A stretch of DNA of 62,311 nt, the filler included, from Asterionella formosa (Eukaryota), in assembly GCA_002256025.1 (NCBI GenBank). It is 5 parts of 5 records of this genome, joined end to end, with 100 filler letters (N's around TTAATTAATTAA, not from the genome) between each part and the next. Parts side by side here need not be neighbours in the genome. Positions count along the whole stretch, not along the records: positions 12,506 to 24,903 come from NKIB01007563.1; positions 25,004 to 37,384 come from NKIB01007565.1; 3 more parts are not named here. One strand, given 5' to 3'. This document shows positions 21,850 through 34,142 of this stretch, piece by piece. The notes beneath the pieces are model-generated. The model saw nothing but the letters and a program-made list of their open reading frames with translations. It was not told the DNA's origin and ran no database searches. Numbering within the stretch: the stretch's first letter is position 1; each line of letters begins with the position of its first letter. The translations under genes and the position numbers were made by a program.

Positions 21850-22454
21850 ATGCTTCGAATCTTCTTCTTTGCAATGCGTGTCAAACGCTTGGATCAACGG
21901 TCAACCTCTTGGTAAATATGATTTCGAAACATTTTGAGGGAGAATGCCTTGTATTCATCTCTTGTGCTATAAAGGTCGAGAGGCGCAAGTTGAATGTGCT
22001 TGCCTTCATTAATATCTTGTTTCAAAAGTCCTCTTGCTGTTGACTCATGCCATAAAATCATCTGTGGGCCCTCAGCACTTCGCGATTCTTTCACCAATGA
22101 AACATCATGACCATATGCTTCACAATCAGACAGCATAGTACGCTCGTGATTCTTGCCAATAACTTAACGGAGACTCGCCAAATTATTACAAAATTCTTGA
22201 GTTGGAACTTTTTGTATCCCGGCCGCATTTCAAATACGTCTATCGCTGCCATGCTGGCCGGAACAGCACCAGAAAGAATGTCACTGTGAAGGAGACCTTT
22301 CTCCTCACTATTCACCCACTTTTCCTTTTCTGGCACCATGATTGGGGTTCTCACTTATTGCTCTTTGATTGTTGCTTTCAATATCATTGCTTGCTAACTT
22401 GTTCCGTTGTTTCCTTCTATTTGGCTGTTGAAGTTTCATTTCTAAACACGACAT
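21850..22454 (-). pseudogene. Accessory ORF with two W-x2-S-x4-LL-x2-DI-x2-G...R-x2-YK-x-F modules, convergent on the transposase
   Basis: Frameshifted pieces: KWVNSEEKGLLHSDILSG..DVFEMRPGYKKFQLKNF and WHESTARGLLKQDINEG..DLYSTRDEYKAFSLKMFRNHIYQE. Confidence 0.65.
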
Positions 22455-22742
22455 AAAGATGGCAAGAAGTATTTTTTCATAGGTATGCATATCTCGTAGT
22501 CACGTGATCATTTTCGTATTCTATCGCCTAGTGCATGCTTGAGTGATAGTACTAGTACCTGGTAACAGCCAAAGCAAAAAAAAGGTTCATGCGCATAGTA
22601 TCAATACCTGCAAGTTGTTGCTGTAAATGATTTGGACACGGAGTTGGAACACTGACGATGTTCAAATTATTGTATTGTCGTTTTTAGAATGATTAGATTT
22701 CAGAAGCCTTTACTCATAATTTTCTCTTCAAGGGAAATACGC

Positions 22743-23400
22743 ATGAGCATTCAGAAAAAACTTCGAACAGGACGCGGGATTAACCTTACAGTCACGTATC
22801 AACTGCTTATCGATCTCGAAGATACTCAAACATGAACATTTAACTGTCGGGAGCCCTGTCAATTGCGTCCAGAGCTCTACGGATATCCAAATTCCACACT
22901 TTGCCGCTCCACTCAGAATCGATTTCTTTGGTTGAAGAAGTGGAAGATTAAAAACGCCACAGAATACTGGAAGGATTACGCAAAAGCTGTGAGCAAAACG
23001 GGAAAAAAATCGTGGAATCAAACCCTTCTGACAGCCAGGAATCTGAATCTGACTCAAACCCTCCTAGCAGCAGCAAGGAATCTAAATCGTCAGACGAGGA
23101 CCACATGGAAGCGTCTCCACAACAAACATCAAGGCGTCAATACCACCCTGATTGGTCGTCTCCTCAACTGAAAGTTTCGAAAGACCCTTGTCATAGTTCT
23201 TGTACAGTCTCTGTTGCAATGTCTTCCACGCCCATTTCGAGGAAGCGATTTTTGGCTTACCAGGCAGGATAGTATGATCTCTGTATCATAAAATCCGTCA
23301 TGTGCCTCGCCTCTGGACCAAGAGCTACGCCTACCATCCTGACCTATACAATAGCTACCCAATGAATGATATTATGAGGTGCGTTGCTACAAAAAATATT
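22743..23400 (+). pseudogene. Second accessory ORF remnant, divergent from the previous ORF
   Basis: MSIQKKLR..YQLLIDLEDTQT*TFNCREPCQLRPELYGYPNSTLCRSTQNRFLWLKKWK, followed by a Ser/Glu-rich stretch. Contains an internal stop and a frameshift. Confidence 0.5.
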
Positions 23401-24903
23401 CATATCATCATATGTAGCTAGCTACCAGCAACTGGTAGATGAATAGAGCCGAAGGGCGAAGGAACGAATTTGTGAAAGTTTAGCATCAATTAATCAAAAT
23501 TCTCCAAAGGCTGCGGATGTAGCAAAGGTTGATTGTAGAGTAAATTGGTTAGTAAAACAAAAGAAATTGCATGTTAGCGATAGCAAGAACCAGTGACCGC
23601 TTTCAATCATCACATTTGGTGAGTTTGCTGTTTATTTGCATTTCTGTGTGGTGATGTGCAAGATGCAACGTTGGAGATGAATATTGAAAAGGTGCACATG
23701 CGCAACAATAATATTTCAAAATGACTTCGTGACATGTCGCCGCTGCACCACATTGCACCACCATAGACCTACTGGTATTTTGTAACATGGTCCCTTGTTG
23801 TTGGGGTGGTGCACGGACAACACACATCACAATTACATCCCGGTAGTTCGAAGTTTATTAAAATCTGGGTACAGCCAGTGTTAGGTATTTGTTTCTGGGT
23901 GTCGGTATGGAGACGACCCGTCCATAAATACGCCTTACTACACATCATGTCATAGTTTTATTGGTACCAGGTACCAGGTACAAGTATCATATGTGTGAAC
24001 GACATCAGTTTATTCTATAAATAATTTTATGTACCGGTGGTACCAGGGTACAGGTAGTTCTTTGCAAATACTTTGATGAACGGAACTCTTGATGTCAATA
24101 TACCAGGTAGTGTACAGTTCCGCACTACGGTAATCTAACTCAAATTTTACTCCAAAGTACTATACCGGTCGGTATATAGGTTACTTACTACCTGGTTCCC
24201 TGGGTACCTGGTACCACATGCATTTATTCACTGCCAACATAAGCAACAAGTACTGTTTCTACTTTTATTTTGTAGGACCTTTTTTCATTTGTCCTAACCA
24301 CTCCTATGTAAGACAAAATAACCAGAACACTCCTTTGCGTGGTTTACTATTAGCTAAGACATCATCAGATGTTATACGAATTGCAGATTGCAGATCAGAA
24401 CCTTCATCAGTAGAAGCGTCAACCGGACATGCAGTCGGCAGAGAAGGGTTTTGTGTCGAACAGTCATCGATCCCCAGATCTTCCGTCGAGTCACGCACAC
24501 CCTTGTATTTGATTCACTTCTGATAGGCGATAAAAGAGTATAGCGTCGATGTGGTAGACAAAGGACAGCGGTGAGGCCGTCGACAGAACCTCATGGTGTT
24601 TTAATTCAACAAGAACAGAAGTGTGTGTGATCTTGTCTGTATGCATACCGGCACGGCAATTCGAATGTCGTCCTGATGCTCCCTTATTTAGTCTGGTACC
24701 AGGTGCCAGGCGGGGTACAGTACAAGTACAAGTACCTACCGGTATGTACAGTCCTGTGTACCGGTACTCTGTTTCAATACTGTGCCAGTATTGACAATTA
24801 ATTCTACCCCCAATACTACCATTTTTTGTCGTAGTGAAAGCTAGTGCACTAGTTAACTAACATGATGCACGTACAAAGCATGCACTGTGTGTGAGTGGGC
24901 GGT

Positions 24904-25003
24904 NNNNNNNNNNNNNNNNNNNNNNNNNNNNNNNNNNNNNNNNNNNNTTAATTAATTAANNNNNNNNNNNNNNNNNNNNNNNNNNNNNNNNNNNNNNNNN
25001 NNN
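24904..25003. other. Artificial scaffold linker
   Basis: N44-TTAATTAATTAA-N44. Confidence 0.97.
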
Positions 25004-25210
25004 TAACTAATATATACGAGTTCTTATATACGCATAACCTAACATGTGTATGCTACTAACCTAATGTACAAATTTGATTGATCATACAGACACTGCCGTT
25101 GATATATCAAAATTATCATCAACATGTCAAAATATTTGAATGATCAATCAGTTTTTTTAACGTATGCTGAGTAAAACGTTAGATCTTATGGAAAATCTAT
25201 TCACAGATGA
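25004..25210 (-). repeat. Repeat downstream of the Plavaka transposase
   Basis: Reverse complement of 49283-49485. Confidence 0.8.
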
Positions 25211-25293
25211 TGGGAGTAATAACTGTTAATATTAATATTAATCATTGATCTAATTTATTTTTACAGCAAGCTATCATCGTTAACTAGATATTT

Positions 25294-27700
25294 TTATTCC
25301 CACCCAATTGATTTCCATAAATGGCGTGCAGGTAGGGAAACATAGTAATTATCTTTTTCTAATTGCTCCAATACCTCCTTGGGCTTCACTGGTTTCCTAG
25401 ATCGAATAGATCCTTTTTGCGGTTTCAAGGCAGGCACAAAAAACGCAGCGGACAGAATGTTGTTAAACTCAACCACACTCAGTTCAGTTGTATCATTGCA
25501 TATAGTGTGCCTTTTGCAAAGAACATACGTTTATGAGCTTTAATTTCGGATGAAAATTTCAAGGAACGTATAGAGGGTAAAAGAATGGTAGTATGGTTCG
25601 AAAAAATTACATTTCCCCAAAGAAATAATTTTCCCGGAACAATATATGAATTTGACCCATCCCCCTTCTCCCAAATCACTTCAATCCAATCAAACCATTC
25701 CCGATCAGAGATCCCAGCTTTTGAATCATTTTTCCATTTCGGATGATGACATCTCAAAATAGTACTTTGTCCTGGAGCATTGGCGTGAATTCTGAAATTG
25801 TAGTAAAAATCAATCCTAGTTACAGTCACGGATTTCCCTTCATTATAAATTAGACTTTTCGCTCTTTCCACCGCTGAATTGGTAATTTTGGAGGTAAACC
25901 TGGTTCATTCGCCTCAGAGTATCTGTTTGGTACTTCTGGACAACTCCTTTTCTTAAAAAAGGATTCCCAATCTTTAGGAATAGTTCGAAAAATATATAAC
26001 GAATCGAAAATGTACTTCAATAGGCCAAGTAACAGTTGATGGAGCACCTCGAAGGGTGTTGCTCCAAATAATCCTTCAGGATCACCACCAAAGTAATGCG
26101 ACATCAATGCCGGGATGATTGGATTATGTGAAATGACGCGGCACCACTCATTTCGTGTTGCGAACTTACTATTAGTCTGATTCACACCAAAAAATGTTGG
26201 TATAGATGGTAATTTTCCATCTGGATAAGTTTCTTTCTCCAAATATTGCTTCAGAAATTTGTATGCATCGCCAACTTCTCGCAGTTCACATTCTATATCC
26301 GGATTGTCAGCGTCTTCTGTACTTACCAAGCAATCTCGGCAAAAATGTTGTCGATATAATCCATTACCTCCACGGAAACCGCAAATTTTTATATGTTCCT
26401 GTGTATCTCCAACTACCATTCCAATTTGAAAATAAACTTTTTTATACCACAGACCATGCACCCAAATGTCATAGAATTTAAGAATGGATCTTGAAAAGGT
26501 TCTTATAAAAATCCGGTGACAGCATGATATAACTTCAGTCGAGAAAGAGAGATATCATGATTACCTCCTGACTTCTTAGTATCCATTTGTTTCTCCAAGT
26601 CACTAACTTAGATATCTGGTAATAATGACACGAGTTGCCACGCATCAACTTTTTTCCTTCCTTCCAATCTTAAGTTTAAGATTGTTACTAAGATGGATGT
26701 TCTGAGTGCTTCATTTGTTTATCAATAGGTGAACCGTCGCTAAAGACAGTCAATGCCAGAAAGAAATGCCCAGGCTTTAAAACTCTGTTTTCCGTAGCTT
26801 CAGAATTGTTAAATGCATTTTCAAACCAAGTGGCAGAGGTAACTTCGTCATATATATTCGTTTTCCACAGTTTGTAAGCTTCCTGTGTGGATGACATGCA
26901 AAATTTTCCATGGTGTCAGGATCACGTAACAACGATGCCATGAGTTGTACTCTTGCAAAGAAATGTAATGTCCGTGGAATAGAGATTATTCCATTATTCT
27001 CAAGAAGAATTTCTTTTTTCAACAGTTCACCACCTATTAACCTTGGTGGAAATTAATCATCCCTTTTTTCAAGGTTTGATAGGAAGGAGCTTGATTCTTT
27101 CCATGACAATATTTCATTCTCTGTGCTTAGAATAACCATTTCATAAGATGATCGAAGTACATTGGTGGTAGATAGTTCTCGTTCAGGAATAGCATGAGTT
27201 CTAATTCGATTGGATGCATGTTTAGCAAATGTTTTTTGGGAATTTGGAATTGAACAAGTAGAGGAATTTTCATAGATTCCTTGGGAATGAAACCACTTCG
27301 ATCTTGGTACTCAGCGTAATGCATAGTATCATTATCTAACCAATAATTTCTGTTAATTCTATTTCTTCTTCACCTTGCCCTTATCGATTTGAAGTCACTG
27401 AGATACTTTCATCATAGAATGGAAATAACAAATCCTGGTCATCTAATTGTGAAGCAGATTCTTCCGTTTGCAAAGTATCAGAAATAAGAACGTTGGGAAA
27501 TGAGGAAGAGACACCTGACTTTCCTGTTTCATTTAAATAACTTGATAGTTTACCGCCACAATACATAGTTCGATTGCGAATTCCAGAAATGCGGTGTTCT
27601 TCCAAGCAGTGATGGCACAAACCAAAATAGTAAAATTTTCGATTGTTGCAGTTTTGATTGTGAAAGTCAGAAGGAGATTCTTCCCAAATTCATAGTTGCA
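25294..27700 (-). pseudogene. Plavaka-family transposase (CACTA-related), decayed
   Basis: Ordered motifs: YDEVTSATWF, LTVFSDGSPID, MVVGDTQEH.KICG..CRDC, FGGDPEGLFGATPFEVLHQLLLGLLKY, LRCHHP..WFDWIEV.W...VPGKL. Many stops and frameshifts. Confidence 0.8.
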
Positions 27701-27809
27701 TAACGAGCACCAGTGAAAGGTTCATAATGACATCGTTTGGGCGAAAAATCAAAATAGATTAGAGGGATCGATTTGTGGGCAGCGGTATGAATAGAAATGA
27801 ATATAACAT

Positions 27810-28293
27810 NNNNNNNNNNNNNNNNNNNNNNNNNNNNNNNNNNNNNNNNNNNNNNNNNNNNNNNNNNNNNNNNNNNNNNNNNNNNNNNNNNNNNNNNNNN
27901 NNNNNNNNNNNNNNNNNNNNNNNNNNNNNNNNNNNNNNNNNNNNNNNNNNNNNNNNNNNNNNNNNNNNNNNNNNNNNNNNNNNNNNNNNNNNNNNNNNNN
28001 NNNNNNNNNNNNNNNNNNNNNNNNNNNNNNNNNNNNNNNNNNNNNNNNNNNNNNNNNNNNNNNNNNNNNNNNNNNNNNNNNNNNNNNNNNNNNNNNNNNN
28101 NNNNNNNNNNNNNNNNNNNNNNNNNNNNNNNNNNNNNNNNNNNNNNNNNNNNNNNNNNNNNNNNNNNNNNNNNNNNNNNNNNNNNNNNNNNNNNNNNNNN
28201 NNNNNNNNNNNNNNNNNNNNNNNNNNNNNNNNNNNNNNNNNNNNNNNNNNNNNNNNNNNNNNNNNNNNNNNNNNNNNNNNNNNNNNNNNNNNN
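27810..28293. other. Intra-scaffold sequence gap (about 484 N)
   Basis: Plain N run without the linker motif. Confidence 0.95.
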
Positions 28294-29754
28294 CATAAAT
28301 CGAATTTATATGATCATGTAATCGTTATTATAAGATGCATCACACAAATAAGATGTTTTCTATTTGCAGACGTGGCAATTGGGTTGATACCAGGCGAGTT
28401 AGGTTTAATTTTTCTCATTTCAACGAAACCCAGGCTTGGTACGCCAGGAAGCGCCATGAGGGCTCCCCTTCTGACAATAGAGCAGCAGTAAGGCGCTTAA
28501 TAAATGATATTTATCTCTATTTCCAGATGTGCTCAATGCATGCATGCTGTACTTACGATACTAACTAACAATGGGCGGCATAGCTCTATAGACAGTATTT
28601 CAGTAGCTACTCCGTCAGTTCAATAAAATTTGCATCGATGATTTACATTTCTTCGGGGACATTTTGACTTCTACAATTTTCTCCAGCTTAATTGCCCTAT
28701 TGTGTGTTTGGCTAGTATACAGATCCACTGTTGGCTCCGATATATTTTTTCCCTTCCACATCTCGATAATTAAACAACAACAATACTCTCCCCACAGCCG
28801 CATCTCAAACACAAATAGTTATCGGTCGATAAGAGCAACATTTTCCTAAATTACTCAAGGAATATTGTTTCTATCGAAAGCTGGCCTATCTCATCTAGCA
28901 GGCATGGGATGAATCATTGGAAATGAGTCGAAACTGAAAAGGTGTGCATAAAATGTGTGCTACCAGACCTTCCTGGAGGATCCTGTATCATGTCGCTTCT
29001 GCCTTGTTGAAAACAATTAAAAACGACGATTTCCTATTGTGCACCGTATTAAACACAACATAGAAAATACAATCCTCAAAGAATTATTAGGAATAATTTT
29101 TAATAGGAAGGGATCTTAGCTGGAGAATTATCGGATCTTATGCTTCATGAGAGGCACAGTGACCTTAAGTTTGGTTGCAACCTTGAAACCAAATCTACAT
29201 GAATGTAAGGAGTATTTCGTATTGCCCAGGCATCCAAATCGTACCGGTAGTTATGTAGTATCCGTAACGACATGTGTTTCAGGTTGCTTGTACATACTTC
29301 ATGTGAATAATGATACCAGGGTAACCTGGTACTGAATTCTACACAACAGATTGATATAGTGGTGGGAGGAACCTGGTACTGGAGTACCTGGCACCAGTAC
29401 CTGGTATACTGTATTACCACGAAAGTAGATATATTTTTTATGTACAGCAAAGGAGCGCTACAAATACACACATGATACGACAGCATTGCGAACTACCCCG
29501 GTAAATTATTAATGGCTTGCGTACAATGGAAGGCGGTGTTTCGGAGACAGGGATACACACAACACCACCCTGCCTTGCTTGTTGAAACGAAACAGCGGAT
29601 TGACAGTCCCGACGATTCAACTAATCCTCGATCTGTTCGTCGTCACTAGTGACGCATCAGTCTATATTTATTGCAACCTTAGTCATTACACACTTAAGTT
29701 CATTTCAGTTCAGTTCCCACAGTTCAGTTCAGCTCATTTCAGCACACGAACACG

Positions 29755-31971
29755 ATGCCCATCGCTCGATCCACTTCGACGACGACTAAACGCAAGACTA
29801 TCATTATCAAAGGGTATCAAGTTCCACCCAAATTGCCACCCAATTATTATGATGTTACCTCTCGTCAGCTGTTGGATGCGACACGAAGTATATTGGCAGA
29901 TCCTACCACGAAAAATCCGACTAACACCTCGCTTCAAGACAGTTACAATGCCGTGGTCACCCTCTGTTCCCATCAATTCGGTCCAACCTTGTACCAAGAT
30001 TTGGTGCTAGAGTTACGTTGTGCCGCGACGCTGCTATTATCCACATCGCATCATCATCGAGATACTCATCATGTTTTGGACTATGTCCATGCACAATACT
30101 CTTTATTTGTAGAGTATTTGTGGCTTGTCAAGGATATTTACCTTGTCTTGGATCGACAGTATGTGTGGGATGAGCAGGATTGTAGAGCTACCAAGCGAAC
30201 CAATCATCACTATCATCATTATGGGCTAGTGGAAGTTGGATTGGCGGAATTTGCAACTCGATTGGGGGTTTTAGAATTGGATTCCATTTTGTACGACGAA
30301 TGGTTCCAACAGTTATGGCAAGATTGGAAAGACCCGTCCACAACAACATCATCAACATCCTTGCTGGGATCAACCATGATCATGTGGCAAGAATTACAAT
30401 GGAAACTATCTATTGTCAAGAAATTACAGCATGACTTACAAACAAGTTTGACATGTGTTTCTAGAGAATGGCAAGAACAACAACATTATGTGCCAGAATC
30501 CTTTGTATCATTTGTACATGCACAATGGATGCATGTATCACAATATTGGGGCGTGTTTTTACCGAAACAATGGTTGCGGACTTTGATTGAAGTGCATCTG
30601 TTAGAACCACATTTGAATACCAATTATTTGTTGAAGGATTTGGATTTGGTCAATTTGGATTTTTTTGCCAAAGTCTGGTTCTTGGCTGGTCGATTGGAAG
30701 GTGGATTGGAACGCGTTGTCACAGCCGTTGTGGCACATGGAAAGGCATTGGGGCTGGCTTATGTTAGAGAAGTCAATGGTACACCCAAAACTATCATTGG
30801 AGGATTGTTACATCTCCAAGATCACTTGAGTACTTTACAAAAAAGTGTAGGAGGAGGAGGAGATATCCCTGTTAAACAAATTTGGTCGGAAGTGCTCAAC
30901 GTTGATCCCAATGTGGCAGAGTATCTGGCCAAGTACATTGATATTACCTTGCGGAATCACAAGGCAACCCCACCTCTTGACGCTATTCTACAGCTCTTTA
31001 GTAATCTCCAAGCTAAGGATATCTTTGAGGCCTTTTATAAAAAGGACTTGGCCAAGCGCCTTTTGAATCAAAAAGTACAGTCGATGGACGTGGAACGACA
31101 ATTCGTATCTCTCCTCAAAGTCGAATGCGGAGCAGGTTACACCTCGAAGATGGAAGGCATGTTCCAAGACGTGGAATGGTCTAGAGAAACTATGCAACGT
31201 TGGAAAGATAGCGCCGACTATGTCTCTCATGCAAACGTTGAGATGGAAGTTCAAATTCTCACGACGGGATACTGGCCAGTGTATCCTCAATATGAAGGTC
31301 TTGTCCTACCGGAAACACTCGTCAAACCACAACAGGAATTTTGGAACCATTACAAAACAAAGTACCAAGGCCGGAAAATTGTGTGGCAATATGCGTTGGG
31401 TGGCTGTCAGTTACGATTTAAGGTGGGTGAAAAAGTATATGATTTGTTGGTTAGTTTGGGCCAGAGCTTGGTGCTCCTGTGTTTCGATCAACGAGACAAG
31501 TGGAAATTGACCGAGATTTGTGCCGAAATTGGTTTGAGTGACCGCGAGGAAGTACAGCGCATGTTGCAATCATTGAGTATGGGTAAGGAAGGAACTCGTG
31601 TCCTGAGACGCATCACCAAATCGGGACCACTCATTGGCAATGACGACGTGTTTGTGATTAATGAAAAATTTACTTCGCAACATCGTCGCATCAAAATCAA
31701 CAATATTTTATGGAAAGAAACCAAAGAGGACCGAGAGAAGGTGGTGGAAGATGTATCTCGGGATCGATTGTATTTGATCGACGCGGTATTGGTCCGCATC
31801 ATGAAGGCCCGCAAGACAATTTTGCATCAGGAACTCATCCCACAAGTCTTGGAGCAAGTCAAGGTGCCAGCTCAGCCGGCAGATATTAAGAAGAGGATTG
31901 AATCGTTGATTGAAAGGGAATACATGGAAAGGGATGAAAGGGATCGGAATCGATACAATTACTTGGCGTAG
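29755..31971 (+). CDS. CUL4: Cullin-4-like scaffold, 738 aa, single exon
   Basis: N-terminal KTIIIK..PKLP.NY, then KDIFEAFYKKDLAKRLL, LKVECGAGYTSKMEGMFQD and LTTGYWP. Neddylation domain IDAVLVRIMKARK...KKRIESLIEREYMERD...YNYLA. Confidence 0.93.
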   Translation: MPIARSTSTTTKRKTIIIKGYQVPPKLPPNYYDVTSRQLLDATRSILADPTTKNPTNTSLQDSYNAVVTLCSHQFGPTLYQDLVLELRCAATLLLSTSHHHRDTHHVLDYVHAQYSLFVEYLWLVKDIYLVLDRQYVWDEQDCRATKRTNHHYHHYGLVEVGLAEFATRLGVLELDSILYDEWFQQLWQDWKDPSTTTSSTSLLGSTMIMWQELQWKLSIVKKLQHDLQTSLTCVSREWQEQQHYVPESFVSFVHAQWMHVSQYWGVFLPKQWLRTLIEVHLLEPHLNTNYLLKDLDLVNLDFFAKVWFLAGRLEGGLERVVTAVVAHGKALGLAYVREVNGTPKTIIGGLLHLQDHLSTLQKSVGGGGDIPVKQIWSEVLNVDPNVAEYLAKYIDITLRNHKATPPLDAILQLFSNLQAKDIFEAFYKKDLAKRLLNQKVQSMDVERQFVSLLKVECGAGYTSKMEGMFQDVEWSRETMQRWKDSADYVSHANVEMEVQILTTGYWPVYPQYEGLVLPETLVKPQQEFWNHYKTKYQGRKIVWQYALGGCQLRFKVGEKVYDLLVSLGQSLVLLCFDQRDKWKLTEICAEIGLSDREEVQRMLQSLSMGKEGTRVLRRITKSGPLIGNDDVFVINEKFTSQHRRIKINNILWKETKEDREKVVEDVSRDRLYLIDAVLVRIMKARKTILHQELIPQVLEQVKVPAQPADIKKRIESLIEREYMERDERDRNRYNYLA

Positions 31972-32788
31972 CGTCTTTCTTTTTACAGTAAGCGTTGACT
32001 TGAACGCGTGGGTCTATAGTAACAGTCAGCGATGATGAGAATTAGTGGCTGCCCCACCTTGCAGGTTTAGTTAGAAATGCGTATCGAGTGGATACTGAAG
32101 TAGTAGCGACAATGTTTCTATTAAAGTGCCTTCTTGGGGTCAACGACAACAAGGTGATGCTTGATGTAATCATTCATCCTAGTACGAATGAATGGAACAT
32201 GAAGAACTCGATCATCCAATACAGAAATTACAAAATAATGCGATGACCTTTATAATGTCTAAGTCATGTCGATGGGGTGTGGTAAAGCAGCATTACTCGA
32301 ACGATCGATACTAGTGGTCAGACTGAGTGACGCCATTGATGTACATACCCTTCCTTAAGGAGCGAAAGATATATATGCCCTTAAACAATTACAATATAAA
32401 TTATTCAAATTACTCTTTGTGCTTGGAATTCACAGTTCACGCTATTTCCCAGAACCCAACATTATTTACCATTTTGTTATTTATGAATAGAAACAATCTT
32501 ATAAAATCGAGCAAAACAAAAAGAATGTTCTTCACAGCTCTAGGTTGAGGCACCGCATTCCTTGCTCGACTTGTTTGATTTGTTCTACGTGTTTCCTTCT
32601 TTGTTCGTGGACAATTTGATAACAAGTTTGAACACATCAAAGCGGTTCCCATGGTATCATTTCTACTCAACGCTATCTCACTTTTCTGCCATCCCTTCAC
32701 ATAGGATTCCATGGAGGTCATTCACAGTAATGGTGTCGATGAAACAGAGAATCTGTTCGTTCCGTCGCTGTTGCAGCAGCGTTGGCCT

Positions 32789-33958
32789 CTATAATTGTGT
32801 CACCCTTTCCACAGTAGTAGGGTCTTGTGGTAATTGTCGTTGTTCTATTGCCGTCACTTCGGCTGGTTCAACGCTGCCACGCAGCTGTGAGGATTCTATG
32901 TCACTCATTATAGTGTCCAACCTATCTGTTTGTTCCATCAATTCCACCGCCCTCACTTCCTCTACCAAATTCAACCTCGTACGATTCGTTCGAAAACCCT
33001 CTGTACCCAATCGCGATCCCACAAAACTTCCTTCGACTGGCTGTTGAGATGAGTCATTATTATCTGAATCATTCTGAGCCAATGGCACGGCTTCAGGAGT
33101 AACACTACGCACAGTGGTGTCCAAACGACGTGATGCCGATGAAACAGATGAAGTCTCCATGGCTGCAACCAAGTGCATAATTCTCATTTGTTCTGTTGTC
33201 ACAGCATTCATTGTCTCAAAAGTCCTTGACCTGTTCCAAGGACTCCTATTGTAATTGTTTTCCACAGTAGTGTCAGTTGCGGGTGTTCCCAAATAATACC
33301 TACGACAACATGGACAAGTTGGTTTCTTTTGCATCCAATCCAATATACATTCTTTATGAAAAATGTGATCGCATTCAGTATTCCGCGACTTAGTAACTTC
33401 ATCCCCCACTGCATAATCTAAAATACAAATATCACAAGAATGTGTATCCAAGCATTCCAAGGCCAATTGTTGTTGTTGTTGTTGTTGTTGTTGTGAGTCA
33501 TCATTGGGAGTGTCGACCACAATAAAATACACATTCAACATGCTTTCCAATTCACTACGAGAAATTTTTGGTTCTGTTTCCTGCTGGTGTATAGTATTGA
33601 AATCCAATGCAGTAGTATTCCAAAGATATAGTTGTGATTCTCGATTGGCACCGCCAAGCCAGAGCGAAGGATTGACTGTAAACGTTGCTGGAGAGATACA
33701 ATACAGACAATATCCAAAGCATCCCAACAGTAGGAGAACAGGGAATAAAAATAGAATCAGAAGTGTCAAAACAATAACAATCACGGCTGTAGAGAGAAGG
33801 AAACAGGACGTCATAAATGGCAAGTCATTGTACTCCTGGCGTACGGGCAGTGCTGGTGGAACAGATGCTGCGGGTGCTCCGGTTGGGATTTCGAGTTCGA
33901 GCTCGTCTCCTTCTCCTTCTTCTTCCTCTTCTTGTTGTTCTTCGTTATCGTTTACCAT
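32789..33958 (-). CDS. Membrane-anchored RING-H2 E3 ubiquitin ligase (ATL/RNF-like)
   Basis: The first in-frame ATG is at 33958. A hydrophobic segment is followed by poly-Q (CAA repeat at about 33467-33493) and the RING-H2 CDIC..Y..GD.V...CDHIFHKECILDW...TCPCCR. Confidence 0.85.
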   Translation of the reverse strand: MVNDNEEQQEEEEEGEGDELELEIPTGAPAASVPPALPVRQEYNDLPFMTSCFLLSTAVIVIVLTLLILFLFPVLLLLGCFGYCLYCISPATFTVNPSLWLGGANRESQLYLWNTTALDFNTIHQQETEPKISRSELESMLNVYFIVVDTPNDDSQQQQQQQQQLALECLDTHSCDICILDYAVGDEVTKSRNTECDHIFHKECILDWMQKKPTCPCCRRYYLGTPATDTTVENNYNRSPWNRSRTFETMNAVTTEQMRIMHLVAAMETSSVSSASRRLDTTVRSVTPEAVPLAQNDSDNNDSSQQPVEGSFVGSRLGTEGFRTNRTRLNLVEEVRAVELMEQTDRLDTIMSDIESSQLRGSVEPAEVTAIEQRQLPQDPTTVERVTQL

Positions 33959-34142
33959 AGCGATGACTGCTATCAATGATACCCACTCATTGATTTATAC
34001 AGGCAACGATTGTGAAATGATATAAAATAAGAATCAAACTACAGGGCGGAGGTTAGAAGTACCTGGTACCAGTTACCCCATCAGTATTAGCTATGTGACG
34101 ATCATATGGGGCAGTGTACGGTACCAGGTACCAGGTAACAGG

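Noticed and set aside
27667..28491. ORFs spanning the N run
   Set aside because: They are artefacts of translating the gap.
807..33958. Ubiquitin-ligase gene cluster (RCHY1, CUL4, RING-H2)
   Set aside because: RCHY1 is on a different scaffold, so the proximity is a concatenation artefact.
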